Shown: piece after piece, positions 19,466-27,068 of the stretch
Position numbering within the stretch: the first letter of the stretch is position 1
Layout of the letters: the number at the start of each line of letters is the position of its first letter
Virus record (IMG/VR): IMGVR_UViG_3300043603_000010
Location: 26,648-90,647 of that record
Length of the DNA: 64,000 nt
From: a virus
Taxonomy: Duplodnaviria; Caudoviricetes
Reading direction: 5' to 3' (one strand)
The notes under the pieces: generated by a model
Told to the model about the DNA's origin: nothing
Database searches by the model: none
Seen by the model: the letters and a program-made list of their open reading frames with translations, nothing else
Translations under genes and position numbers: made by a program

Positions 19466-19663
19466 TCAGACCTGGTCCTCCACCATGTGCTTCAGGTGCG
19501 CCTGGTCGGCGTCCCAGGCAGCGGCGTACTGGAGCGCCTCGCCCTCGCGGCACACGGCCACCGGGACGACGTCCCCGGTGCTCTCGTCCAGCTTGGCGGT
19601 ACACCCGGTGTGCTCCACCAGGTGGCTCTCGAACTCGCGCTGGGTGCTCGGGTCTCCGAACAT
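19466..19663 (-). CDS. hypothetical protein (65 aa)
   Basis: AAAGGAGAG RBS; sits between two tRNA-like elements. Confidence 0.7.
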   Translation of the reverse strand: MFGDPSTQREFESHLVEHTGCTAKLDESTGDVVPVAVCREGEALQYAAAWDADQAHLKHMVEDQV

Positions 19664-19698
19664 AGTGTCCTTCTCTCCTTTGTCGGGTGGTGCGTGCA

Positions 19699-19784
19699 GT
19701 GGCGGGCGGCGATTCGAACGCCGCACCCCTCGCCGGTCGCTCCTCTCCGGAGCTACTGGGTTCGGCTCTGCTCATGATCCGCCA
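19699..19784 (-). ncRNA. degenerate class-II-sized tRNA-like element
   Basis: T arm CGGCG-TTCGAAT-CGCCG and TGGCGG/CCGCCA acceptor pairing; central GCTC/GAGC hairpin; D arm not recognisable. Confidence 0.4.
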
Positions 19785-19830
19785 GTACAGATGCCTCTGT
19801 ACTTCCAGCTGCCGGTGCGCACCGGCCGCG

Positions 19831-19902
19831 CTCCTCGCCGTGGATTCGAACCACGATCAGCCACTCCAGGGGCGGCTGTCCTGCCGGTTGGACGAACGGG
19901 GA
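19831..19902 (-). tRNA. tRNA-Gln(CTG), atypical (C33, one acceptor mismatch)
   Basis: U1-A72, G73, GTCC/GGAC D stem, GCCGC-CCCTGGA-GTGGC, CGTGG-TTCGAAT-CCACG. Confidence 0.75.
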
Positions 19903-19972
19903 AGGTGTCCGGCCGGAGCCGGACCGTTCTTCGATCTCTTTCGCTCTTTTCCATCTTACTGCGCACTTACGG

Positions 19973-20044
19973 TGGACGCAACGCGGGTCGAACGCGCATC
20001 CCGCCTCTTTTAAGGAGGCTGCTCTTCCGTTGAGCTATGCGCCC
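19973..20044 (-). tRNA. class I tRNA with TAA anticodon and alanine-type acceptor stem (G3:U70, A73)
   Basis: GGGCGCA/TGCGTCC-A acceptor, GCTC/GAGC, GCCTC-CTTAAAA-GAGGC, 5-nt variable loop, GCGCG-TTCGACC-CGCGT. Confidence 0.85.
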
Positions 20045-20050
20045 CCGGGG

Positions 20051-20758
20051 TCAGTCCTCCGGGACCTGTACAGGGGTGGCGAAGACACGGGTGTACGTGT
20101 TGATCGTGGGGTACTCCTCACTGCGGCCGTACACCTCCCAGCGCCGGGCCCTGGTCGCTTCTGCGACGGTACGCGCGAAGCCGGGGCCGATGCACACGGG
20201 TTCCCCGCCGTCGTCCGGCAGCACGCAGCGGCCGTTCTTCGTGAACGGTGCTCCGTCGACGTGGACGGAGACGACCACGCCACGACGGGCGGTGCCGCTG
20301 TCCGTCCAGCCGACCCACGATCCGGCCTCGAACGGCGCGGTGGCCGGACGCGGAACCGACCGCTTCTTGCGGGACCGCCTGACGTCGCGCACGACCGCTT
20401 CCGTCTCACCGGGGAAACTGGCCCGCAGCCGGGCGTACGCGCCGTCCTGGGGACGCGCCTTCGGTCCGGTAAGGGCCAATTCGGCGTCCAGGTACCGGAG
20501 GCGTGCCTCACGCTCCTCCGCCTTCAGCACAGAGCGGGCTTCCAGGTCGACTCCGGGGCCGTAACCGGGATCCCGGGCCATTGCGGCGTAGTACTCCTCC
20601 TTGGCGTCGTCGCGGACCTTCTCCAGCCCGGCCAGGACGCCCGTGTAGCCGTCGCGCACGGCGGCGGTGACCGTCTTCGTGTGCGCGGCCTGCGTGCCTG
20701 ATGTGGTGACTACGGTCTCCGCTCCAGCGAAGTGCAGCCTGGTGGTGTGCTCGGTCAT
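20051..20758 (-). CDS. hypothetical protein (235 aa)
   Basis: GGAGGA RBS; ATGA coupling. Confidence 0.7.
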   Translation of the reverse strand: MTEHTTRLHFAGAETVVTTSGTQAAHTKTVTAAVRDGYTGVLAGLEKVRDDAKEEYYAAMARDPGYGPGVDLEARSVLKAEEREARLRYLDAELALTGPKARPQDGAYARLRASFPGETEAVVRDVRRSRKKRSVPRPATAPFEAGSWVGWTDSGTARRGVVVSVHVDGAPFTKNGRCVLPDDGGEPVCIGPGFARTVAEATRARRWEVYGRSEEYPTINTYTRVFATPVQVPED

Positions 20759-21204
20759 GTCGTCCTCCGTGCGGTGTGGTTGTACCAGGACACCGAGCGC
20801 GAGCAGGACCCGCAGCGGATCCACCGGCGCTTCGTCTGGGTGTTCTCGAACGAGACCGGCTGCGCGGGGTGCACCTCACGGGACCGCTGGAGGCAGTCCT
20901 GGCAGTCGTTGGCCTGCTCGTTGGGGCCCCGCAGCAGGAACGGCACGCCGTGCCCGCAGACGGCCGCCTGGGGGATGTCCCCGAACAGTCCGGGGAACTG
21001 CGCCCGGCCCGGGAACGCGGCACGGGCCGCCATCACGACGCCCTTGTAGCGGAACCCGTCCAGGCCGTCGGCCAGGGCGCGGACGCGTTCCAGCGCGTCC
21101 AGCTCCCACTCCAGTTCCAGCCGTTCGAGCAGGACGCGCAGGGAGTCCTGCGTCTTCGGGTGCATGCCGTCCGCGAAGGACAGCAGGTCGTCACGTGCGG
21201 ACAT
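20755..21204 (-). CDS. hypothetical protein with CGH/CxxC motifs
   Basis: AGAGGAG RBS; AVCGHG, CQDC, CGSC. Confidence 0.65.
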   Translation of the reverse strand: MSARDDLLSFADGMHPKTQDSLRVLLERLELEWELDALERVRALADGLDGFRYKGVVMAARAAFPGRAQFPGLFGDIPQAAVCGHGVPFLLRGPNEQANDCQDCLQRSREVHPAQPVSFENTQTKRRWIRCGSCSRSVSWYNHTARRTT

Positions 21205-21772
21205 GGCTTTCATCTCCTCTCTCGGGGTGGGGCGCTCCGCACCCGTTGCAGGTGCAGCGCCCGGTGTCCTTGTCGCGGCACTTCGGGCAGCGGCAGTAGC
21301 AGAGCAGGAACCCGCGAGCGGGCCCGCAGTAGCTGGCGTGCTCCGGGGACAGCGGCGGGTGCTTGCGTGCGCCCTGCTCCACCAGGTCGACCAGCAGAGA
21401 CGCCCGCCGCGCGGCGGTCCCCGGGTCCAGGCCTGCGTCCAGGTACGCCCGCACCAGGTGGTCCACCACTGTGCGCCGCGCCGCTCGGCTGTCCTCCATG
21501 GCCTTCCTCCATCTGAGCATCCGCTGGTAGTCGTTCAGGGCGCGTCGGCAGCGTCGGCAGGGCGGGGTCCGCTCGCGCCGGTGGATCATCCATCCGGCGT
21601 AGCTGCCGCACTTCCCGCTGGTGCAGGCGGCTCGTGCCCGCAGGCAGTCCCCGCAGGGACGCTCGTTGCGGCGCCGGTGCCGCAGCCACCCGTCGTTGCT
21701 GCCGCAGTCCTTCAGGCCGATCCCCAGCATGCGGCGCTGGTCCTCCGTCCAGACGACTCCGTGCCCGTTCAT
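21191..21772 (-). CDS. Cys/His-repeat (putative Zn-binding) protein
   Basis: Two CG..xGW..H.R..E.PC..C units plus C-terminal CYCRCPKC...CTCNGC. Confidence 0.7.
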   Translation of the reverse strand: MNGHGVVWTEDQRRMLGIGLKDCGSNDGWLRHRRRNERPCGDCLRARAACTSGKCGSYAGWMIHRRERTPPCRRCRRALNDYQRMLRWRKAMEDSRAARRTVVDHLVRAYLDAGLDPGTAARRASLLVDLVEQGARKHPPLSPEHASYCGPARGFLLCYCRCPKCRDKDTGRCTCNGCGAPHPERGDESHVRT

Positions 21773-21850
21773 TCGGCCTTCTCTCCTCGATCTGTTCAGG
21801 CGTACAGGACCGGGGTAGGCGTCCGGCAGTCAGCGCATCGGAGGTGCCCC

Positions 21851-21919
21851 GTGCTGGAGACCGTCCTGATCATCGTGCTCATCGTCGCCATCGTCCTGTT
21901 CGTCCTGCGACGGTTGTAG
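21851..21919 (+). CDS. 22-aa hydrophobic peptide, antisense to the arm (type I toxin-like)
   Basis: GGAGGTG RBS, GTG start; MLETVLIIVLIVAIVLFVLRRL*. Confidence 0.65.
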   Translation: MLETVLIIVLIVAIVLFVLRRL

Positions 21920-21934
21920 CCGGTCGTCCCTGCG

Positions 21935-22006
21935 CACTCGCAGCCGGTCATGATCCGGCATCTCCGCCTTGAAAGGGCGGCGGGCATCCGATTACCCCAT
22001 GCGAGC
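21935..22006 (-). tRNA. tRNA-Glu(TTC)-like with non-canonical T loop (ATCATGA)
   Basis: CCGCC-CTTTCAA-GGCGG anticodon arm; GCCGG-ATCATGA-CCGGC; acceptor GCTCGCA/TGCGAGT. Confidence 0.7.
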
Positions 22007-22036
22007 GGGTGCCCGGCCGGAGCCGGGCGGGTGGTG

Positions 22037-22639
22037 CTACTTCTTGTGTGCGGAGAAGCTGAACGACGGTGCTCCGACCAGCTGGACCGACTTCGTGGCC
22101 GCGTCCCACTTGGCCGGGCCGAACACGGTCTGCACCGGACCCTCCCAGTAGTCGGCGTAGGGCTTGCCGTCGGCACCGACGCAGATCACGTAGGTCCCGG
22201 CGGAGTCGCCGGAGTAGACGCCGGTCGGGTCCATCTGCCCGACCGTGATGTTGCCGCCGTTCGACTCGCTGTGCCCGACCACCTGTTGCGGGTTGGTCAG
22301 CTGGTCGGTGGACGGGATCGGCGCACCGATCGACGGGCAGACCTGGATCGGCGCGTACCCGGCGGACCCGGAAGCGCCCATCGGGAAGAAGAACGTGGTG
22401 GTCTCGACACCCTGTGCCTGCGCGTTCTCCAGCTCGATCAGGTTCTGCCGGAGCTGGCTGTACGTGTAGCCCGGGATGCCCTGGTTGTTGATCAGAGTCC
22501 CGGAGTCGGTGGCCTGCTTGGACGACTCGACGTTGTTGGCGCTCGGCTTGCTGCTGCCGAAGCAGGCGGTCAACCCGAATGTGGCCAGCACGGCGACCGA
22601 GACGGCCACGGCGATACGCGACCCGGCGATGTTCCTCAT
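22037..22639 (-). CDS. lipoprotein
   Basis: Signal peptide with lipobox GLTA-C; conserved-looking GPVQT/YVICVG region. Confidence 0.8.
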   Translation of the reverse strand: MRNIAGSRIAVAVSVAVLATFGLTACFGSSKPSANNVESSKQATDSGTLINNQGIPGYTYSQLRQNLIELENAQAQGVETTTFFFPMGASGSAGYAPIQVCPSIGAPIPSTDQLTNPQQVVGHSESNGGNITVGQMDPTGVYSGDSAGTYVICVGADGKPYADYWEGPVQTVFGPAKWDAATKSVQLVGAPSFSFSAHKK

Positions 22640-22653
22640 GCGGCGGTTCCCCT

Positions 22654-23037
22654 TCACTTGGCGGACCCTGCGGAGCAGTGGTCAGCGACGTACGCGGCCT
22701 GGTCGGTCGGCAGCGGATCGCCGGTGACCTGGTCCGCGTCCTGGCAGACGATGTTGACGAGTGCCTTCTGCTGCGCCTTCAGCGCTGCCGTCTCCGCTGC
22801 GTCCCCGGAGACCTCGGTGATCTGCGTCCCGATGGCCTGCGCGTCAGCGATCTTGTTCGTGATCTGCTCGCGCAGGGTCTGCTGGTTGCTGTAGCCGTTG
22901 CGGACCAGGTGCGCGTCCCGGGCGGCGTTCTGACCGGCGAACCACCATCCGGCCTGCCAGCCCCCCAGGACGATCCCGGTGACGATGGCAGCGGCCAGCA
23001 GGACGCCGAGGACACCTCTGGTCATTGCTGTGAACAC
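22654..23037 (-). CDS. membrane-anchored protein (partner of the lipoprotein)
   Basis: N-terminal TM helix, GGWQAGWWF, two C-terminal Cys. Confidence 0.75.
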   Translation of the reverse strand: MFTAMTRGVLGVLLAAAIVTGIVLGGWQAGWWFAGQNAARDAHLVRNGYSNQQTLREQITNKIADAQAIGTQITEVSGDAAETAALKAQQKALVNIVCQDADQVTGDPLPTDQAAYVADHCSAGSAK

Positions 23038-23064
23038 ATGCTCTCCTCTCACTCGGTGTGTGCG

Positions 23065-23137
23065 TGCGCCCGGCAGGGGTCGAACCTGCGCGCTCCGGGG
23101 CTTCACTCCGGTGCTCTGCCAGCTGAGCTACGGACGC
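23065..23137 (-). tRNA. tRNA-Phe(GAA), atypical anticodon loop (G32, C38, 31-39 mismatch)
   Basis: GCGTCCG/CGGGCGC-A, GCTC-AGCTGGCA-GAGC, CCGGA-GTGAAGC-CCCGG, GCAGG-TTCGACC-CCTGC. Confidence 0.75.
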
Positions 23138-23164
23138 GGGCGCCCCGGCGGTCCGGGGCCGTTC

Positions 23165-23593
23165 TCAGAACTCCGGCAGCGGCTGCACCGGCGGCAGCCA
23201 GGCGACCTCCACTCCGTCGGACTTGCGGACCCAGCGTTTGCCGGGGCCCTGCGACCGGTACGGGTCAACGCTGTCGGCCAGGTGCGCCCGTGCGGGGTTG
23301 GCCACCAGGTCGGACCTGGGGCTCACCCGCAGCTCCTGCGCCACGGCGTGCCGGGTCAGTTCGTCGGCCCGCTTCAGCCGGACGGACAGTTCGGTGGCCA
23401 CGGTGCAGGCGGTGGACGTCGCGTTGTTGACGTACGGCATCACCATCCGCGCGTCCTCCGCTCCCTTCTCCAACCACTGGCAGGCCTGGTTGACCGCCCG
23501 GCGCAGCTCGGTCGGTGTGGCCGCCTTGACGAAGGCTCTCAACCGATCCTCGAACGCGTCGATATCGCCGATCCGTACGCTAGGTGCGTTCAT
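23165..23593 (-). CDS. hypothetical protein
   Basis: AGAGGAGAG RBS. Confidence 0.7.
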   Translation of the reverse strand: MNAPSVRIGDIDAFEDRLRAFVKAATPTELRRAVNQACQWLEKGAEDARMVMPYVNNATSTACTVATELSVRLKRADELTRHAVAQELRVSPRSDLVANPARAHLADSVDPYRSQGPGKRWVRKSDGVEVAWLPPVQPLPEF

Positions 23594-23605
23594 CGTGCTC
23601 TCCTC

Positions 23606-23878
23606 TCACTTCGGGTTCTGCCGGGCCACGCGCTGCATGAAGTCGATCGCGTTGACCAGGCTGACGCGCTGCTCCGGGGTGTCGGTCCCGGTGATGTGCG
23701 TCACGTGCGGCACCCTGGCCATGTCGGTGTGGACCCGCCAGAACGGCCCTGCGCTCCCGTCGCGGAAGACGTCCGGGTAGTCGTAGACCAAGTGCGTCCG
23801 TGCGGCTTCGTGGACGCAGTCGGCATGGACGAACCCGGCTTGCGCCGCAGCCGCGTCCAGCATCTTCAGACTGGCCAT
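23606..23878 (-). CDS. hypothetical protein (90 aa)
   Basis: AGAGGAGAG RBS directly after tRNA-like element. Confidence 0.7.
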   Translation of the reverse strand: MASLKMLDAAAAQAGFVHADCVHEAARTHLVYDYPDVFRDGSAGPFWRVHTDMARVPHVTHITGTDTPEQRVSLVNAIDFMQRVARQNPK

Positions 23879-23906
23879 CGTGCTCTCCTCTCGATCGGTG
23901 TATGCG

Positions 23907-23989
23907 TGCGCCCGGCCGGACTCGAACCAGCACTGTCACCGACTGCCCTTACAGGCGTCGGCTGCCTCTGCCTATTGGGCTACGGACGC
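23907..23989 (-). ncRNA. tRNA-like element with extended anticodon arm (Leu-type D arm)
   Basis: Acceptor identical to the Phe element; D arm GCCCAATAGGCAGAGGC; anticodon stem GCCGAC/GTCGGT capped by GCCT-GTAA-GGGC; canonical T arm. Confidence 0.65.
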
Positions 23990-24016
23990 GGGTGCCCGGC
24001 CGGAGCCGGGCCGTTC

Positions 24017-24454
24017 TCAGGACCGGCCGATCCGCACCGTGTTGGGTGCCTGCGGCTTGACGTACAGGACGTTGATCCCGCTGACTTCCAGCTGGCCGTC
24101 CTTCATCTTCACCTCGAACCCCTCTGCCGGACCCGAGTCCGCGTCCCGGAACTCCACCGTGACACCGTGGCCCAGAGGGCGGACATCCTTGCCCGGGTCG
24201 TCACCCCAGCCCCCGTCACTGACGGCGGAGGTGGACAGCCACAGGAAGGTGTCGCTGTCGGCGGGTCCCTCGTTCAGCAGGGCACGGGCCGCGTCCACCT
24301 CTTCGGCCGCCTTCTCCGCAGTGCGGAGCCTGGACGCCTCTGCACTGCGGAGCCGGACGTCCAGGACGGCAACCAGCTGCTGCACCCATGCAGGCTGCTT
24401 GGCCAGCCTGGGGTCCTTGGCCTTCTCGTGCAGCTGCTCGTTGGTCATCGTCAT
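24017..24454 (-). CDS. hypothetical protein
   Basis: AGAGGAGAG RBS; DPRLAKQPAWVQQL and PLGHGVTVEF motifs. Confidence 0.7.
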   Translation of the reverse strand: MTMTNEQLHEKAKDPRLAKQPAWVQQLVAVLDVRLRSAEASRLRTAEKAAEEVDAARALLNEGPADSDTFLWLSTSAVSDGGWGDDPGKDVRPLGHGVTVEFRDADSGPAEGFEVKMKDGQLEVSGINVLYVKPQAPNTVRIGRS

Positions 24455-24481
24455 CGTGCTCTCCTCTCGGTCGGTCGTGCG

Positions 24482-24552
24482 CACCCCCGGCCGGTCATGA
24501 TCCGGCACTTCCGCCTTGAGGGGGCGGCGAGCATCCGTTACTCAACGGGGGC
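24482..24552 (-). tRNA. tRNA-Glu(CTC)-like with non-canonical T loop (ATCATGA) and C33
   Basis: GCCCCCGTT...CCGCC-CCCTCAA-GGCGG...CGGGGGT closely resembles actinomycete tRNA-Glu(CTC). Confidence 0.7.
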
Positions 24553-24583
24553 GGGTGCCCGGCCAGGCCGGGCTGTTCGGTGG

Positions 24584-24805
24584 TCACGGCTCCAGGCACT
24601 CCTCCGAGACCTCGAATGCGGAGAAGGCGACCACGTGCAGGTCCGCCGGATAGACGCCCTTCTCCTTGGCCCATTCCTGGAGCATGAGCCTCTCAGTCTG
24701 GTCCTCGGAGAAGACGTCGACCGCGTCCCCGGTGATCGTCCACTTGCCGGAGACGAGACCGAAGGAGTGTGCTTCCACCAGGGCGACGTACGCGTACCTG
24801 GCCAC
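24584..24805 (-). CDS. hypothetical protein (73 aa)
   Basis: ORF track; GTG 2 nt after upstream stop. Confidence 0.6.
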   Translation of the reverse strand: MARYAYVALVEAHSFGLVSGKWTITGDAVDVFSEDQTERLMLQEWAKEKGVYPADLHVVAFSAFEVSEECLEP

Positions 24806-24807
24806 GG

Positions 24808-25053
24808 CTACCGCCCTTCCGGCTTCAGCAGGGACACCCGGACGTCCGTGTCCGTGCCGGGGTACGGCGCGAGCAGGGAATCCGTACGCAGATGGACACC
24901 GAGCCGGGCACCGGCAGCCATGCCCGGCAGGCTCAGCACTTCCCAGCGGGCCGCCTGCAACAGCGCGTTGCGGTTGTCGAGCGCGGTCAGCGTCAGGAAC
25001 ATGCGCTCTTCCTCGGTCGGCTCCGCCACCAGGTCGAACAGGGTCCTGGTCAT
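24808..25053 (-). CDS. hypothetical protein (81 aa)
   Basis: CGACCGAGGAGAGAAC RBS. Confidence 0.65.
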   Translation of the reverse strand: MTRTLFDLVAEPTEEERMFLTLTALDNRNALLQAARWEVLSLPGMAAGARLGVHLRTDSLLAPYPGTDTDVRVSLLKPEGR

Positions 25054-25086
25054 CGTTCTCTCCTCGGTCGTCGGATCGTACGTGCG

Positions 25087-25169
25087 TTCCCCGCCGTGGA
25101 CTCGAACCACGATCGCCGAAGCACCGGAACCAGCCGGGTACGGTCTGTCCGCCGGTCGGACAGCAGGGA
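25087..25169 (-). ncRNA. tRNA-Gln-derived tRNA-like element with expanded anticodon arm
   Basis: TCCCTGC/GCGGGGA acceptor, GTCC/GGAC D stem, CGTGG-TTCGAGT-CCACG T arm shared with the Gln gene; no 7-nt anticodon loop. Confidence 0.6.
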
Positions 25170-25215
25170 TGGTGCCAGCCGGGCAGGGTTCGTCACACCC
25201 CCTGCCCGGCCGGGT

Positions 25216-25416
25216 CTAGTGGAGGACCATCGCGAGAAGGAACGCCGTCATGAAACCGATGACGACGATGGCGGTCGGTAGGCCTGGATGGTCGGAGACG
25301 GACAGGAAGCCGTCCGTGATCTCGTCCAGGACGGACCGCCGTGGCTTCTCCGGTCCGACGCGCTTCGGGTCGTACCGACGGGATGGCCCGTTGCGGACGT
25401 ACAGCCCGGCGTTCAC
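25216..25416 (-). CDS. small membrane protein
   Basis: C-terminal TM helix; GTGA coupling. Confidence 0.6.
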   Translation of the reverse strand: MNAGLYVRNGPSRRYDPKRVGPEKPRRSVLDEITDGFLSVSDHPGLPTAIVVIGFMTAFLLAMVLH

Positions 25417-25553
25417 AGGCTCAGCAGCCAGAGCAGCAGGGGGTACATCATCGCGCAGATGATCAGGCTGAACGCCAGCTCCACCACGGTCTGCGCCGCG
25501 TTGGACCGGGAGGCGAACCTCCCGATTACGTCCACGATCCGCCCGGCGTTCAC
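25413..25553 (-). CDS. small membrane protein (46 aa)
   Basis: GTGA couplings at both ends; VVELAFSLIICAMMYPLLLWLLSL. Confidence 0.55.
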   Translation of the reverse strand: MNAGRIVDVIGRFASRSNAAQTVVELAFSLIICAMMYPLLLWLLSL

Positions 25554-25726
25554 CGCGCGTGGGTCAGGTCGTACCGGACCCGGCGGGGAGCGCCGGAGAC
25601 GAACGCCAGGGCCCGCTCCTGCGCCCGTTGCGGGCTGACGTAGGAGGCGAAGACCCGGCGGACCGGCCTGCCGTCACTGCCGGTGTAGGCCACCTGAACG
25701 CAGTGGCGGGTGTTGATCGTGCTCAT
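25550..25726 (-). CDS. hypothetical protein (58 aa)
   Basis: AGAGGAGAAC RBS. Confidence 0.6.
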   Translation of the reverse strand: MSTINTRHCVQVAYTGSDGRPVRRVFASYVSPQRAQERALAFVSGAPRRVRYDLTHAR

Positions 25727-25802
25727 GGCCGTTCTCCTCTCGGTCGGACTGAGTGCCCGTGGCCGGGGAACGGACCGCAGTCCGCTTCCCGCCATGCTGT
25801 AC

Positions 25803-26198
25803 TCAGCTCCCTGCGCGGTACTTCTCGATCGCCTCGGCAACCGCCAGCACCAGTCCGCCATTGTCCAAGCGACCGGACAGCTGCTGCTGGAGCCCAGCCG
25901 CGTGGATAACCTCCCACGCCGCCTCTACACGCCGGTCGTACGCCAGCTGATCACTGGTGAGCAGTTTCGGGGAGTACCCGACGTACCGGTTGCTCAGGTC
26001 GAAGTAGAGGCCCGTGGACAGTACGAACTGCCAGTCGAACGGGTACCGGCTGTCCCGGATCTCCGTCACGGTGGCGTACTTCCGTCCGATCTTGGTCACG
26101 GTCACCGGAACCGGCTCCGGAGCCTTACGGCCGGACTGTCCGGGCAGGACCAGCAGTTCCATGCCGACGGACAGCGTCGGCATCTCGGGTCGCTCCAT
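25803..26198 (-). CDS. hypothetical beta-barrel-like protein
   Basis: VTVTKIGRKYATV motif; AAGGAGAGG upstream. Confidence 0.65.
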   Translation of the reverse strand: MERPEMPTLSVGMELLVLPGQSGRKAPEPVPVTVTKIGRKYATVTEIRDSRYPFDWQFVLSTGLYFDLSNRYVGYSPKLLTSDQLAYDRRVEAAWEVIHAAGLQQQLSGRLDNGGLVLAVAEAIEKYRAGS

Positions 26199-26330
26199 GA
26201 TCTTCGTCCCTCTCCTTGGTCGTTGTTCAGCTGGGGTGGGCGGGTTTCTTTCAGCCGTACCTTCACCGGCACCACGGCCCCGTCTGGCGGGTACCGGCCG
26301 GTTTCTGAGTACCGCCCACGGCCTTCACGT

Positions 26331-26375
26331 GCTCCCCGGTGCCTTGACGGCGTACGGCGGATCCCGCCGGGGAGC
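26331..26375 (-). repeat. branched hairpin repeat, copy A (also 29504-29548 and 31079-31130)
   Basis: GCTCCCCGG/CCGGGGAGC outer stem enclosing CGTAC and GCC-loop-GGC. Confidence 0.8.
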
Positions 26376-26382
26376 TGGTGGA

Positions 26383-26847
26383 TCAGATCAGACGGGACAG
26401 CTGGTCGACGTCGGCCAGGGCGTCGTTGACCGCGTCCTCCAACTGGTGGCGGACAGCCATCTGCTCGCCCTCATAGGAGACGAACCAGCTGCCGGTGCCG
26501 TCCTCCCACTCGGTCTCCGCCGCGTACGGCTCGCCCCGGTAGGTGAAGGTGTACGCGCTGGGGAGCCCGTTGGCGCCGGTCTCCGCTGCGGTCAGCACGA
26601 CCGTGCTGCCGTCGGGACGGAGGTGACCGAGAGTGCCAAGGGGAGCTTCGTCCGCCAGGATCTCCTCTGGACCGGCGTACTCGTTGCGCCCGTCGATCTC
26701 CGCGAACACTCCGGCGTTGTCCAGGGTGTCGAGGTCCCGGGCGATCTGCGCGTACACGCCGATCTTCCCGTCGGCCGCGATCTGCCGCAGCCGGGCCAGT
26801 GCCTCGCTGACCGCCGGAGTGACGTCCATGGGCTGGATCATGGTCAA
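26383..26847 (-). CDS. hypothetical protein
   Basis: ORF track; GAGAGGA upstream. Confidence 0.65.
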   Translation of the reverse strand: MTMIQPMDVTPAVSEALARLRQIAADGKIGVYAQIARDLDTLDNAGVFAEIDGRNEYAGPEEILADEAPLGTLGHLRPDGSTVVLTAAETGANGLPSAYTFTYRGEPYAAETEWEDGTGSWFVSYEGEQMAVRHQLEDAVNDALADVDQLSRLI

Positions 26848-27068
26848 TTCCTCTCGTTCAGGGCGTGCAGGACGGAGCGTCCGGCGGGGGTGAGCCAGAG
26901 CGCCTGGGACTTCGTCCGGGACACCAGGCCCCGGTGCAGCAGCGGGTTGACGACCGGACCGGCCGGGAGCCGGAGCGCCCCGGCCAGATCCACCTCAGTC
27001 AGCACGGCGTGCTGGTCGGCGGTGACGAACCGGCCGGGGTTCCTCAGGTACTGCTCCATCGTGGTCAC
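26844..27068 (-). CDS. small wHTH-like hypothetical protein
   Basis: LLHRGLV...LTPAGRSVL wing motif; GTGA coupling. Confidence 0.55.
   Translation of the reverse strand: MTTMEQYLRNPGRFVTADQHAVLTEVDLAGALRLPAGPVVNPLLHRGLVSRTKSQALWLTPAGRSVLHALNERN

Noticed and set aside
19699-19784. Assigning an amino acid to this element (Leu GAG or Ser)
   Set aside because: Anticodon register is ambiguous and the D arm unrecognisable; left as tRNA-like
26331-26375. Branched repeat as a hammerhead or other known ribozyme
   Set aside because: Lacks the CUGANGA/GAAA core and any pseudoknot I can identify
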